A stretch of 54,683 nucleotides of DNA. Origin: an uncultured virus (IMG/VR IMGVR_UViG_3300008266_010073) (lineage: Duplodnaviria > Heunggongvirae > Uroviricota > Caudoviricetes). The stretch is from the IMG/VR virus record IMGVR_UViG_3300008266_010073; one strand, given 5' to 3'. Shown here in pieces: positions 19,028-29,443 of this stretch; the first letter of the stretch is position 1, and the number at the start of each line of letters is the position of its first letter. Both the position numbers and the translations under genes were made by a program. The notes under the pieces are model-generated. The model did no database searches and was not told where the DNA came from. It saw only the letters and a program-made list of their open reading frames with translations.

Positions 19028-19743
19028 TTTCGATAGTTCAGAATTTTATATGTACTAAGCCAGAACGGTTGCAGGTATTACAAAAACAACTACCAACGAT
19101 TGGAAAAGTTTTTAGTGATGTTGAATTTTTTGTAAATTATAATTCAACAATTAATTTAGAAGAAGTTTACTCATTATATAAAAAACATATTTCAAAATTA
19201 AATTTTTATAATGATTTATCAGAAGAATGGGCACCTGTTACGTTATCATTAGTTAATCAAGTAACAACTCCATATGTGATTTTTTTATGTGAAGATACGC
19301 AAATACATGTATCTAAAGACCAGGTATATAATCGTATTTATGAATTTGTTGAATTAGATTATGACTACATGTTATTAACAAAGCTAGAAAAATATCTACT
19401 ACAAGAATATATTGATGGATACACCCCATATAATACAAATAAATCACCTGGATATAAAAAATTAAAATATGGATATTCATATTTAGGTAAACATGCACCA
19501 CATAAAAGATTAAGTACCGATGCCGTGTATAAAACACCATGGTATCGAGATCGTTTAACTGAATTTATTCTGAACATTGATCAATGTGTTCATGACATAC
19601 CAATTCGAGATAAACGAAAACCAAATTGTTACGAAGGATATTATGATTTTAATAACGGGATGGCAAGATTTGCAGAATTAAAATGTTACATTCCGAATGA
19701 AGTAATTATATCCGAATTTGATGGAGTAAAACAAAATTCATGA
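19024..19743 (+). CDS. putative GT-A glycosyltransferase-like protein
   Basis: TPYVIFLCED motif; lies within the glycan cluster. Confidence 0.5.
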   Translation: MISIVQNFICTKPERLQVLQKQLPTIGKVFSDVEFFVNYNSTINLEEVYSLYKKHISKLNFYNDLSEEWAPVTLSLVNQVTTPYVIFLCEDTQIHVSKDQVYNRIYEFVELDYDYMLLTKLEKYLLQEYIDGYTPYNTNKSPGYKKLKYGYSYLGKHAPHKRLSTDAVYKTPWYRDRLTEFILNIDQCVHDIPIRDKRKPNCYEGYYDFNNGMARFAELKCYIPNEVIISEFDGVKQNS

Positions 19744-21944
19744 AAAATATAGTTTTTATACCTAATGTAGATTTAGGTAATGATAGAAATCAACCATATC
19801 ATTATTCGGTTAAAAGTTGGCAAACATGGTGCGATCGAAACAATGTTACATTAATTGAATGGAAAGATGTTATATCCGATCCAAACTATCTTAAAGTCAC
19901 ATTACAGCGATATTGGGTACATGATATATTAGAACATAATGGAATTGAATACGACCAAGTTTTAATTGTAGATGCTGATACTATTATACATCCAGATGCT
20001 CCTAATTTTTTTAATGAAACTAATGGAAAGTTTAGTGTAGTAGTAAATAATGGATGTTATGAATGGACAACAAGAAGTATTCAAAGATGGGGAGATGCAT
20101 TATTTCCAGATCAGCCTAAAATTAAAACATGGAAATATTTTAATGGGGGGTTTCAAATAACAAATAAAGCACATAAACCGTTTTATGATAAAGTTAAAAA
20201 TTTCTATTTACAACATATTGAAACTATTAATCAATTAAACGAACAAATTAAAGCCGGTACGGATCAGACTATTATTAATTATTTAACACAGTTATTCAAT
20301 GTTGATGTTAATTATTTACCAGAATGCTATAATCTGCAAGATTTGTTTCGAAAAAATTTATTACATATTCCAGGTCACTCATGGTTTACCGATGAATTAC
20401 ATTTTATAAATGCTGGATGGGTATATCATTTTAATGCAATACCACAGAATCCTAGGCACGTTGCATATTGGTTAGAACGAACATATAATGAATTAAATGT
20501 ATCTGTACAGGAACTGCCTAAATATAGTCCTATTAGTTCAGAATACTTCATGAATATGGAAGTAGCGAATGGTGGAATTAGTAAACAAATATTAAATCTT
20601 AATGGTAAACTAAAAACAGTACGAGAGATAGTTAACTATTGGAAAACTGCCAGTAAGCCAAATCTAGAACCAAATAATTGGCAATATTATAACTGTATGA
20701 TTGCTGGATTTCGTAAAAATGTTGCAAATCATCATGATTTGGGTTGGGATAAAATGACTGAAGAATATTACAACTCTTTAGACAGTATGACTGATTCGGA
20801 AATTGAAACGTTTCTTAAAGAAAATCCAGTTGAATTTGATAATGGATTTATAAAACATAGTTATCATCGAGCGTATGCAATGATTGGCCGACTTGTTCGA
20901 GGAGAAAAATATATTCCATTTTATATTGAAACATCAAAGATATATGATACTCCTACAAAAATAGACGGAGTTCATCGAGTCAAACCAGTAACTTCAAAAA
21001 TACATCTATTAAAACAATTAGATGAATTGGGAATAGATAAAAATGAATATTGTTTAACGCAAAGTTCAATATTAAGTGCAATGGGTATTCGAGATAATGA
21101 TGATTTAGATATAATCATATCATCTAAACTCAGAGAGCAAAATATTAAGTTTCCCGATAATGTAGAAGTATTTCCAAAAGATTATGCCAAATTTATGAAA
21201 TTCGGTGCAACGAGTGATGATGATATTTTACAAAATTATTGTATAGAAATAAATGGTTATAAATTTCTAGAACCTAGATTTTATTTTTCAAGAAAAAATA
21301 TAACTAATTCTAATAGGGATGTTAATGATTGGAACAATATTAAAATGTTTTTCGAATCTGGCAGCCACAAGGGATATCCATTCAATATTGAGTTTTATAA
21401 ATGGGGCGTTACATATGTTGATAAAGTTCAATTGATTGATTTAGAATTTCAAAACTTCAAACTAATAAAAGATAAATATAATCGCATAGTAGACGGCATT
21501 AATCACGGCCGTACTATTTACTACGATGCAGTATCAAAAACATTTATCAAAATATTTCACCCAGAATATTGTAGATTACAAAATTTTCAAAATGCAATAG
21601 AATCAGGACTTTTTAATGGAGTAGTACCGGCTTTAGATAAATTAATTTATGATGGTAATGTCTTAATTGGTTATGTTATGAAAGAGGGCAAAACTATTGC
21701 AGATAATGATTTTGATTTTGATAAAATTCCAACGCATTTTATGAAAGCTGTTTTAGATAATTGCAAAAAACGAAATAAAATTTACTATGATTTAGTTCCC
21801 CAGAATATAATTCAATTGGAAAATGGTCAATATAGTTTAATCGATCTAGAAAGCGTATATGATTATAATCAAGAAGATATAATGTTAAAACATAATGCAA
21901 CATATAAGCCTAGTAACTTATTAAAACACTTGGAATCTATTTAA
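19740..21944 (+). CDS. multidomain protein: GT8-like + NTase-like + kinase-like
   Basis: VDADT, YFNGG, DQ..IN, YHFN; GIRDNDDLDII; IKIF...YDLVPQN...LIDLE. Confidence 0.65.
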   Translation: MKNIVFIPNVDLGNDRNQPYHYSVKSWQTWCDRNNVTLIEWKDVISDPNYLKVTLQRYWVHDILEHNGIEYDQVLIVDADTIIHPDAPNFFNETNGKFSVVVNNGCYEWTTRSIQRWGDALFPDQPKIKTWKYFNGGFQITNKAHKPFYDKVKNFYLQHIETINQLNEQIKAGTDQTIINYLTQLFNVDVNYLPECYNLQDLFRKNLLHIPGHSWFTDELHFINAGWVYHFNAIPQNPRHVAYWLERTYNELNVSVQELPKYSPISSEYFMNMEVANGGISKQILNLNGKLKTVREIVNYWKTASKPNLEPNNWQYYNCMIAGFRKNVANHHDLGWDKMTEEYYNSLDSMTDSEIETFLKENPVEFDNGFIKHSYHRAYAMIGRLVRGEKYIPFYIETSKIYDTPTKIDGVHRVKPVTSKIHLLKQLDELGIDKNEYCLTQSSILSAMGIRDNDDLDIIISSKLREQNIKFPDNVEVFPKDYAKFMKFGATSDDDILQNYCIEINGYKFLEPRFYFSRKNITNSNRDVNDWNNIKMFFESGSHKGYPFNIEFYKWGVTYVDKVQLIDLEFQNFKLIKDKYNRIVDGINHGRTIYYDAVSKTFIKIFHPEYCRLQNFQNAIESGLFNGVVPALDKLIYDGNVLIGYVMKEGKTIADNDFDFDKIPTHFMKAVLDNCKKRNKIYYDLVPQNIIQLENGQYSLIDLESVYDYNQEDIMLKHNATYKPSNLLKHLESI

Positions 21945-21966
21945 AAAATATACATAATAAGAATAT

Positions 21967-22887
21967 ATGAAATTGTTTCGAATATTAGTTACGCATGCGG
22001 GAGGACCTGCCGCAATAAGTGTTATTAAATCTTTAGAATGTAGTAAATTTAAAGATGATATTGCCATTGTTGCTGCAGATTCAGACCCAACAGCCGCGGG
22101 ATTGTTTTTAGCAAAAAAAGGAGAAACATTGCCAGATAGTTCAAATGAACAGGAATGGTTAACTGCTTTGCTTAAATTAATCAATCAGTATAATATTAAT
22201 GTAATATTTCAAACCGGCGATTCTGATGTAGCATTGATGGCAAAATTTCAAGATCAAATTAGAGCCACCGGCGTTTATTTGTTAATACCGAGCAAATTAA
22301 CAATTGACATTTGTCAAGATAAGTATTCATTTTATTCTTTATGTAAAGACAAATTTAAACTGCCATTAACGTCGACATCAAAATTATTATTTCCTGGTAA
22401 AAAAATTATTAAACCGATTAGAGGTAGTGGTAGTAGAAATATTCAGATTATCGATAACGGATTTCCAAAAGTAGACGAAGGATTTATAATTCAAACATTT
22501 ATAGACGGCCCGGAATATTCAGTTGATGTATTATGTGATGAAGCATCCAATATGTTAACAGGAATTGTTCGCGAACGAATTCAAACAAAAGCTGGAATAT
22601 CTACTAAGGGACGAATTGTTAATAATCATGAAATTTTAAATGAATGTGCTCGTATATGTATGCATTTAAATATAAAAGGCCCGGCGTGTATCCAACTAAA
22701 GGAACAAGGTGGGCAATATTATTTTTTAGAAATTAATCCTAGATTTGGTGGCGGTTTAATTTTTAGTACATTAGCTTCAGTTAATATTCCCGAAATGATG
22801 TTAGAATATTTTAGCGGCGCTTCAATAACTATCAATCAACCAAAAGAAATAACCGTAGTTAGATATTTTAATGAGATTGTATTATAA
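21967..22887 (+). CDS. ATP-grasp ligase (CPSase-like, polysaccharide-associated)
   Basis: CQDKY, IIKP..GSGSR, EYSVD, LEINPRFGGG. Confidence 0.88.
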   Translation: MKLFRILVTHAGGPAAISVIKSLECSKFKDDIAIVAADSDPTAAGLFLAKKGETLPDSSNEQEWLTALLKLINQYNINVIFQTGDSDVALMAKFQDQIRATGVYLLIPSKLTIDICQDKYSFYSLCKDKFKLPLTSTSKLLFPGKKIIKPIRGSGSRNIQIIDNGFPKVDEGFIIQTFIDGPEYSVDVLCDEASNMLTGIVRERIQTKAGISTKGRIVNNHEILNECARICMHLNIKGPACIQLKEQGGQYYFLEINPRFGGGLIFSTLASVNIPEMMLEYFSGASITINQPKEITVVRYFNEIVL

Positions 22888-23816
22888 TGGCACATTTTTT
22901 TAGAATATATAACAATCAACTTTCATCTTTAGGAGAAGTTAGCAAAATAGGATTTAATAAAAACAATGCATACGCAATTCCCGATGAATATCTTGATGCA
23001 CAAGAATTTGTTGTAATGCGAACGTGTCATGGTATAGGCGATTGGGCTGTAATATCAGCAATGCCACGTTTATTAAAACAAAAATATCCAAATTGCAAAG
23101 TATATGTTCCGTCTCCTAAAATGTTGCGTTCTATATTTGGCGAGATGCTAAATACGTGGGGCTATGGCGTGTATGATTGCTCTAACATAACCTTAGACAT
23201 CTTTAAAAATAATCCATACGTAGACGCATTTATTGATAGCTATAACGGAGAAATATTTCACGATCATTATCGAATATATGATTTAGATAATTCAAAAATA
23301 CCATTAGTCGAACAAATGTTGAAATTTTGGCAATTTGAAGATTCTGAAATGCAAGATAGTAATCCGGATATATTTTTTAACGATGCCGAAATAAAAAAAG
23401 GCAATGATATCATCGAAACATATTGGAATAACAAACCATATGCATATGTTTCAGTATCATCTACCTTTGGAACAACATCAGACGAACAAGTTTTAATTGA
23501 TGTTATTGATAATGAATTGAATTGGTTTTATTATGGCGAACGTCCTATTCAAGATACATCATTGAATTATTTAAACAGTGTTGTAGAAGTTAAACAATTA
23601 CAGTTATCAATTAGAGAACAAATGTATTTGAAATCAAAAGCAATACTTAATGTTGGAAATGAAACTGGTATGAACTTATGGTCTACTAGATTTTCAAAAA
23701 CATATATTTTAGGTAACAAACGATATGGATCTAATCATGGCGGTATCAACGAGGGCAAGATTAGAAAAGATCCATTTTCGAGTGGTAACTTTGTAAAAAA
23801 TGTTATATACGTATGA
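22887..23816 (+). CDS. GT9-like glycosyltransferase
   Basis: HGIGD...A.PR.LK.KYP.C, FKNNPYVD, VGNETG. Confidence 0.65.
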   Translation: MAHFFRIYNNQLSSLGEVSKIGFNKNNAYAIPDEYLDAQEFVVMRTCHGIGDWAVISAMPRLLKQKYPNCKVYVPSPKMLRSIFGEMLNTWGYGVYDCSNITLDIFKNNPYVDAFIDSYNGEIFHDHYRIYDLDNSKIPLVEQMLKFWQFEDSEMQDSNPDIFFNDAEIKKGNDIIETYWNNKPYAYVSVSSTFGTTSDEQVLIDVIDNELNWFYYGERPIQDTSLNYLNSVVEVKQLQLSIREQMYLKSKAILNVGNETGMNLWSTRFSKTYILGNKRYGSNHGGINEGKIRKDPFSSGNFVKNVIYV

Positions 23817-24148
23817 AATTTTATGAATCAACCCCATATTCAAAAACGCAACAAATTGCATTAGTTGATATCGATGAAACTATATGTCATTATCCAGATA
23901 TTCGTCGATATGATTTAGCACAACCAATTCAGCATCATATCGATAAAATTAATGCATTATATGATGCGGGATGGAAGATAATATATTGGACAGCTCGAGG
24001 TGCAGTTTCGGGTGTAGATTATAAAGAATTTACGCTGAAACAATTAAATGATTGGAAATGTAAATTTCATGAATTAAAATGCGGAGACGAAAAACCACAT
24101 TTTGATTTAGTAATAGATGATAAAGCAAAAAGGATCGAAGAAATATGA
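23813..24148 (+). CDS. small HAD-superfamily phosphatase (capsule biosynthesis type)
   Basis: VDIDETIC, WTARG, KP..D..IDDKA. Confidence 0.8.
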   Translation: MKFYESTPYSKTQQIALVDIDETICHYPDIRRYDLAQPIQHHIDKINALYDAGWKIIYWTARGAVSGVDYKEFTLKQLNDWKCKFHELKCGDEKPHFDLVIDDKAKRIEEI

Positions 24149-25095
24149 AAAACAAAAGAATTTTAATTATCGGTGGCACAGGCGCATTGGGCAGCAATTT
24201 AGTAAGACGATACTATCAAAATAACGATATTATGGTGTTATCTAGAAATGAACATAAACAAGAAGCAATGCGTTTAGAATTTCCAAATGTGACATATAAA
24301 CTGGGAGATGTTAAAGACAAACAGTCAATTGCTAGATCATTTCAAGAATTCAAACCACAAATTGTTATCAACACTGCAGCAGTTAAAACAGTTTGGGTAT
24401 GCCAAGCAAATCCATATGAATCGGTTGAAGTAAACATTAATGGACATCAAAACTTATTAGATGTTATTCAAGAGAGTACACATAAAATAGAAACGGTAAT
24501 TTTTATATCAACAGATAAAGCATGTAAGCCGGTAAATGTATATGGTATGTCTAAAGCAATTGCAGAACAATTATATGTAGAATTTGCAAAACAACAAACA
24601 GATATCAAAGTAGTATTAGCAAGATATGGAAATGTTTTAAATTCAACCGGATCAATTATTCCAGTATTTAAAAAGATGATCGAAGATGGTGTTGAATCTT
24701 TACCAATCACTGATACCAAAATGACTCGGTTTTTATTGACATTAGATCAAGCTATTAATTTAGTAGAATGGGCATACAATCATCCAACCTCTCACGGAAA
24801 AATTGCAATACCAAAAATTGAATCATTAAACATAATGGATTTAGTTAAAGCAATTGCAGAAGCATGCGGCAAACCAGATATTGCATTTCATAAAATTCCA
24901 ATTCGAGATGGAGAAAAACTACATGAAGAAATGATCAGTGAAATAGAATGGCAACGTACGGAAGATTCTGGAGATTATTATCTAATTGGATTTCAAAAAC
25001 GTAATGAAGATTATGGAAAGTTACCGTTTAGTTCACAATATCATGTAACAAATAATGTTGCTAATTTTTTTAAGAAAAATAATATTACAATATGA
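24145..25095 (+). CDS. UDP-GlcNAc 4,6-dehydratase (FnlA/CapE/PseB-like)
   Basis: GGTGALG, AAVK.V, STDKACKPVNVYGMSK, RYGNV..S.GS, GEKLHE. Confidence 0.9.
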   Translation: MKNKRILIIGGTGALGSNLVRRYYQNNDIMVLSRNEHKQEAMRLEFPNVTYKLGDVKDKQSIARSFQEFKPQIVINTAAVKTVWVCQANPYESVEVNINGHQNLLDVIQESTHKIETVIFISTDKACKPVNVYGMSKAIAEQLYVEFAKQQTDIKVVLARYGNVLNSTGSIIPVFKKMIEDGVESLPITDTKMTRFLLTLDQAINLVEWAYNHPTSHGKIAIPKIESLNIMDLVKAIAEACGKPDIAFHKIPIRDGEKLHEEMISEIEWQRTEDSGDYYLIGFQKRNEDYGKLPFSSQYHVTNNVANFFKKNNITI

Positions 25096-26159
25096 TTATT
25101 GGATTAAATGGATCTGGTTTTATTTCATATCATTTAAATGTATATTTTAAATACAAATGTACAGATATTGAAGTAATTCAATTGCAAAGGAATTTATTTG
25201 CAGATTTGCATAATTTAAAAAAATGCGACGTCATTATCCATATGGCAGAAAAAAATCGCGGAGATGAGAATGAATTATACAACAATAATATTCAAAGTAC
25301 AACCGATTTAATTTCAGCATTAGATAGTATTCAAACACAGCCATTGGTTATCTATACATCATCGATTCATGAAGATGCAGATAATGTATATGGCAAATGG
25401 CGTAGAAACAATAAAGAACAATTCGCAAAATGGGCAAAAAATAACAATTTTATTTCAATTAAACTGCCGAACATATATGGCCCATTTTGTAAACCAAATT
25501 ACAATTCATTTATTGCAACGCTATGCGATTCTTTAATACAAGATAAAAAAATTAATGTTATAGATAATCCAATATCGTTGTTATATGTAGAAAATTTATG
25601 CAAACAAATTCATGAAATAATTTTAGGTCATCGATTTGATGTTGAGTTTGATGTTATGTCATCAATAGGCATCGTTACCGAAATGTTGACTAATTTTTTA
25701 TCATATATTCAAACAGGCAAAATACCAAAATTTCAAAGTGAATTTGAATTGAATATGTTTACAACATTTCGATCATATATTATGAATCCTGTATTTGATG
25801 TTAAACATATAGAAGATAATCGGGGTGAATTAAAAGAATTAGTTATTTCGAAAGAACAAGGACAAATATTTTATTCGACTACAAAACCTAACGTAACTCG
25901 AGGAAACCATTTTCATACAAAACGAGTTGAACGTTTTTGTATAGTACAAGGACATGCAAAGATTGAAATGCGAAAGATTGGTAGTAATAAAATTATTTCT
26001 TATAATATAAAAGATTCGGACAATAAAGTTATCGATATGCCGCCATATTATACTCACAATTTAACCAATGTTGGTAATGATGATTTGATATGTGTATTTT
26101 GGATGAATGATATTTTATCCGAACAAGCAATTGATGATACGTATTTTGAGGTAGTTTAA
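25092..26159 (+). CDS. SDR-cupin epimerase/reductase (FnlB/CapF/WbjC-like)
   Basis: PNIYGPFCKPNYNSFIAT; C-terminal RGNHFH...E.F cupin. Confidence 0.85.
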   Translation: MIIGLNGSGFISYHLNVYFKYKCTDIEVIQLQRNLFADLHNLKKCDVIIHMAEKNRGDENELYNNNIQSTTDLISALDSIQTQPLVIYTSSIHEDADNVYGKWRRNNKEQFAKWAKNNNFISIKLPNIYGPFCKPNYNSFIATLCDSLIQDKKINVIDNPISLLYVENLCKQIHEIILGHRFDVEFDVMSSIGIVTEMLTNFLSYIQTGKIPKFQSEFELNMFTTFRSYIMNPVFDVKHIEDNRGELKELVISKEQGQIFYSTTKPNVTRGNHFHTKRVERFCIVQGHAKIEMRKIGSNKIISYNIKDSDNKVIDMPPYYTHNLTNVGNDDLICVFWMNDILSEQAIDDTYFEVV

Positions 26160-26788
26160 TGAAATTTTTAAATTTTGATAGAGTTTTATGTTTAGCGCCG
26201 CATCCAGATGATGTTGAATATGCAATGATGGGTACGATAAGAAAATATCAAGATACGCATTTTGATATTTTTTGTATGACAGTTGGCGGACAATTTGATG
26301 AAACGAGTGATAGACCTAGACATCAAGAAGTTATGAATGTTTGGGAAAATGTAGATTCAAATGTTTCATTAATGTTTTCTGAAACATATTACATGGATGA
26401 ATTAGGACACGACGGCTGGGTGAATTTTATTGAGACAAAAATAATTACGGATGAACATGCATGCATATTTATTCCAACATCAGACGATTCGCATTTTGAA
26501 CATAAATTTGTTAACGAATTATCATATCCACTAACGAGAATTAAAAATCTAAGTATCATTGAATATAGAACGCCTAGTACTTTGGATACATGGTATCCAA
26601 ACATGTTTGTTGATATTACAGATCAATTCGATGAAAAGTTTAATCAGTTACAATATTTTACTTCTCAAAAAGATAGATGGTATTTTCAACGTCCTGTATT
26701 TGAATCATTTCATTTAAACTATCAAAGTTATAAAAAAGGTATTAAATACGTTGAAAAATTCAAAGCAAGACAATTGTATAGATTATAA
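26159..26788 (+). CDS. PIG-L/LmbE-family deacetylase
   Basis: APHPDDVE, DSHFEH, F.SQ. Confidence 0.85.
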   Translation: MKFLNFDRVLCLAPHPDDVEYAMMGTIRKYQDTHFDIFCMTVGGQFDETSDRPRHQEVMNVWENVDSNVSLMFSETYYMDELGHDGWVNFIETKIITDEHACIFIPTSDDSHFEHKFVNELSYPLTRIKNLSIIEYRTPSTLDTWYPNMFVDITDQFDEKFNQLQYFTSQKDRWYFQRPVFESFHLNYQSYKKGIKYVEKFKARQLYRL

Positions 26789-26806
26789 ATAAAAAGGTAA
26801 ATATAT

Positions 26807-27355
26807 ATGAAACAAATTGAATTAATTAATGAATATTTTGATCAGTGTAAACTTCATACAACACCCGAAAGTAGATATATACATCATTTAATGGATATAT
26901 TATATCAATATGGAAAAAAATGCGAAGGCGGCCATATTGTAGAAATTGGCGTAGAAACTATGATATCATCATGGGCATGGTTAAAGTCAAATCCTAGTAA
27001 AATTACATTATGCGATATATCATTCGATCGAGCTAAACCTAAATTAAAGGATTATCAAGAAATTTGTAATGCAAATAAAATTGAACTAATTCTTGAGGAA
27101 AAATCTTCTCATAAAATGCGCATATCTAATGTAGATTTATTATTTATTGATGGGTTGCATACATATGCGCATGTTTTAAAAGAATTAAATTTATTCGAAG
27201 GCGATGTTAAACAGTATATTATTATGCATGATATTATCAAGTTCCCAGGAGTAAATTCTGCTATGAATGATTTTCTGTCTTTAAATGAAAATTGGACAAT
27301 TGATTTAGTTATCGAAGAATTTCCTGGTCTTAGTGTGCTAAAACGAGTTGTATGA
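26807..27355 (+). CDS. class I SAM methyltransferase (Methyltransf_24-like)
   Basis: VEIGV, DLLFIDGLHTY, IMHD. Confidence 0.8.
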   Translation: MKQIELINEYFDQCKLHTTPESRYIHHLMDILYQYGKKCEGGHIVEIGVETMISSWAWLKSNPSKITLCDISFDRAKPKLKDYQEICNANKIELILEEKSSHKMRISNVDLLFIDGLHTYAHVLKELNLFEGDVKQYIIMHDIIKFPGVNSAMNDFLSLNENWTIDLVIEEFPGLSVLKRVV

Positions 27356-28290
27356 AAATAGCATTTTTTACTGAGATGGGCTTCCACGGGAAGATTTCCA
27401 GAACCCATGATAATATGAGAACTGAATTTGCATGGATGTGTGCGTTAGATGCAGAACATTTTAATATTAAACATGCAATGGAGTCTACTGAGTATATCGA
27501 AAGTCCGGTATTTGATTTAGGAATTGTTATTATTCCAAAAAACAATCCAGAATTTGATATTAACAAACTACGAATGGTTTGTAAACAAGTAGCTATAATG
27601 CAAGAAGGTCCTAACTGGCTTTGGCAGGATTATCCATTACATCAACAAATTTGGTATTTTAACACATTAACTAGTGCAGATATTATTTTTACTCATAATG
27701 AATCCGATCGTAAATATTATCAAGGATTAACGACACATCCAGATGTTCGTGTTTTACCATCTTTAATGATTGAGGATGCTGTTGGCCAGTTAGATGTAAT
27801 CGATCGTAGCGGTGTTATTATTGGAGGTAATTTTGTTTCATGGTATAGTGGTTTTGATTCATATATGATTGCTCAAGAATTAGATAATACTGTATGGGCA
27901 CCATCGATGGGGAGAAAACAGTCACATGAAGATCAGCTATTAAATCATTTTCCGTATATGAATTGGACAACCTGGATTCAGTCACTTAATAAATTTAAAT
28001 ACGGCATACATTTAATGCGAACTCATGCCGCGGGTACCTTTGCCCTAAATTGTTCATATCTAGGAATTCCATGCATTGGTTATCGAGGATTAGATACACA
28101 AGAACAACTTCATCCAGATTTAACAGTTGAACTAGGAGATTTACAATCTGCTAGAATGATTGCGCAAAAACTTAGGATAGATGAAGAATTTTACTTATAT
28201 TGTAGTAATACAACAAAAAAATTATACAAAGAAAAATATCATGAAAATAAGTTTTATACAACCTTCCAGGAACAATTTAAAGTATCTTAA
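27352..28290 (+). CDS. putative GT-B glycosyltransferase
   Basis: MKIAFF start, AAGTF..NCSYLGIPCIG, cluster context. Confidence 0.55.
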   Translation: MKIAFFTEMGFHGKISRTHDNMRTEFAWMCALDAEHFNIKHAMESTEYIESPVFDLGIVIIPKNNPEFDINKLRMVCKQVAIMQEGPNWLWQDYPLHQQIWYFNTLTSADIIFTHNESDRKYYQGLTTHPDVRVLPSLMIEDAVGQLDVIDRSGVIIGGNFVSWYSGFDSYMIAQELDNTVWAPSMGRKQSHEDQLLNHFPYMNWTTWIQSLNKFKYGIHLMRTHAAGTFALNCSYLGIPCIGYRGLDTQEQLHPDLTVELGDLQSARMIAQKLRIDEEFYLYCSNTTKKLYKEKYHENKFYTTFQEQFKVS

Positions 28291-29443
28291 ATGGTCTTAT
28301 GATGCAATTAGAAAAAATCAAGGTAAACATGAAGTAGAAATTTGCGTTGCTGATGATTTCAGTGATAAAGATGATACATGGGAATGGTGTCTTGAAATGA
28401 TGGATAAAGATACAAATTTTAAAGCTATACGAAATGAAGGCCCTAACAGACTTGGTCATACTATATTATATGACCGATTAGTTAATGAGGTTGCAACACA
28501 CGATATATGTATCATATATCATGCTGATATGTATCTATGTCCAGGCGCATTAGATGCAATTGAAAAACATATTGGTACAAAACGCATTGTTTCGTTAACT
28601 AGGATTGAACCACCATTACATCCAGACGGTCCTGAAAAAGTATTAGCTGATTGGGGAATTGAACCTGAAAACTTTAATGAAGTTGCATTTTTACAATGGT
28701 TTACTAATTGTCACCCGTTAAAAGGAAATCATGTTACAGAAGGAGTATTTGCGCCATGGGCATTTATGAAATCAGATTTCCAAGAAATCAAAGGACATGA
28801 TACATTATATGCACCACAGTCTAAAGAAGATTCAGATATATTTAATCGTTTTCAATTAAATGGTGTTAAATTTATACAAACATGGAAAGGTTGTGTATAT
28901 CATATGACTTGCAGGGGTAGTAGATTCAATCCAACACTAACAACTCCCGGAACTAACAGTTCGGAATGGGAAGCTCAAAATTTACGTTCAACGCGTAATT
29001 TTATACGTAAATGGGGTCATTTTTGCAAACATGATGAATTAATGAAACCTATTATTCCGCCAAAATATAACATTGCATTTCGAGTCAAATCATGTACTGC
29101 TTCATTATTAGAACTTTTAGAACCATGGTGTGATAGAATTTATATTGATGATGATATGCAAGTTTTAACTGCAGATTATATTGAACGGGAACAATCTAAT
29201 ACTACATTTGATTTGACTAAACGAGTATTTTGTATTGGTTTTAATGATCCTATGTCAGAAAATGATATTGTAGTAGAAATAGATAGCAATCGAATGAGTA
29301 ATCAAGATTATATGTATATTCAGCAACTTGCTGAAATTATTCAACAATCCGGAGAAATAGGATCATTTCAATTAGGAACATTAAACATAACAATTAATCA
29401 TTTAGAAACATATGAGAAAGATTTAATAATATGCAAAAAGTAG
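28241..29443 (+). CDS. GT2 glycosyltransferase
   Basis: ISFIQPSRNN, ADDFS..DT, HADM, EDSD. Confidence 0.88.
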   Translation: MKISFIQPSRNNLKYLKWSYDAIRKNQGKHEVEICVADDFSDKDDTWEWCLEMMDKDTNFKAIRNEGPNRLGHTILYDRLVNEVATHDICIIYHADMYLCPGALDAIEKHIGTKRIVSLTRIEPPLHPDGPEKVLADWGIEPENFNEVAFLQWFTNCHPLKGNHVTEGVFAPWAFMKSDFQEIKGHDTLYAPQSKEDSDIFNRFQLNGVKFIQTWKGCVYHMTCRGSRFNPTLTTPGTNSSEWEAQNLRSTRNFIRKWGHFCKHDELMKPIIPPKYNIAFRVKSCTASLLELLEPWCDRIYIDDDMQVLTADYIEREQSNTTFDLTKRVFCIGFNDPMSENDIVVEIDSNRMSNQDYMYIQQLAEIIQQSGEIGSFQLGTLNITINHLETYEKDLIICKK

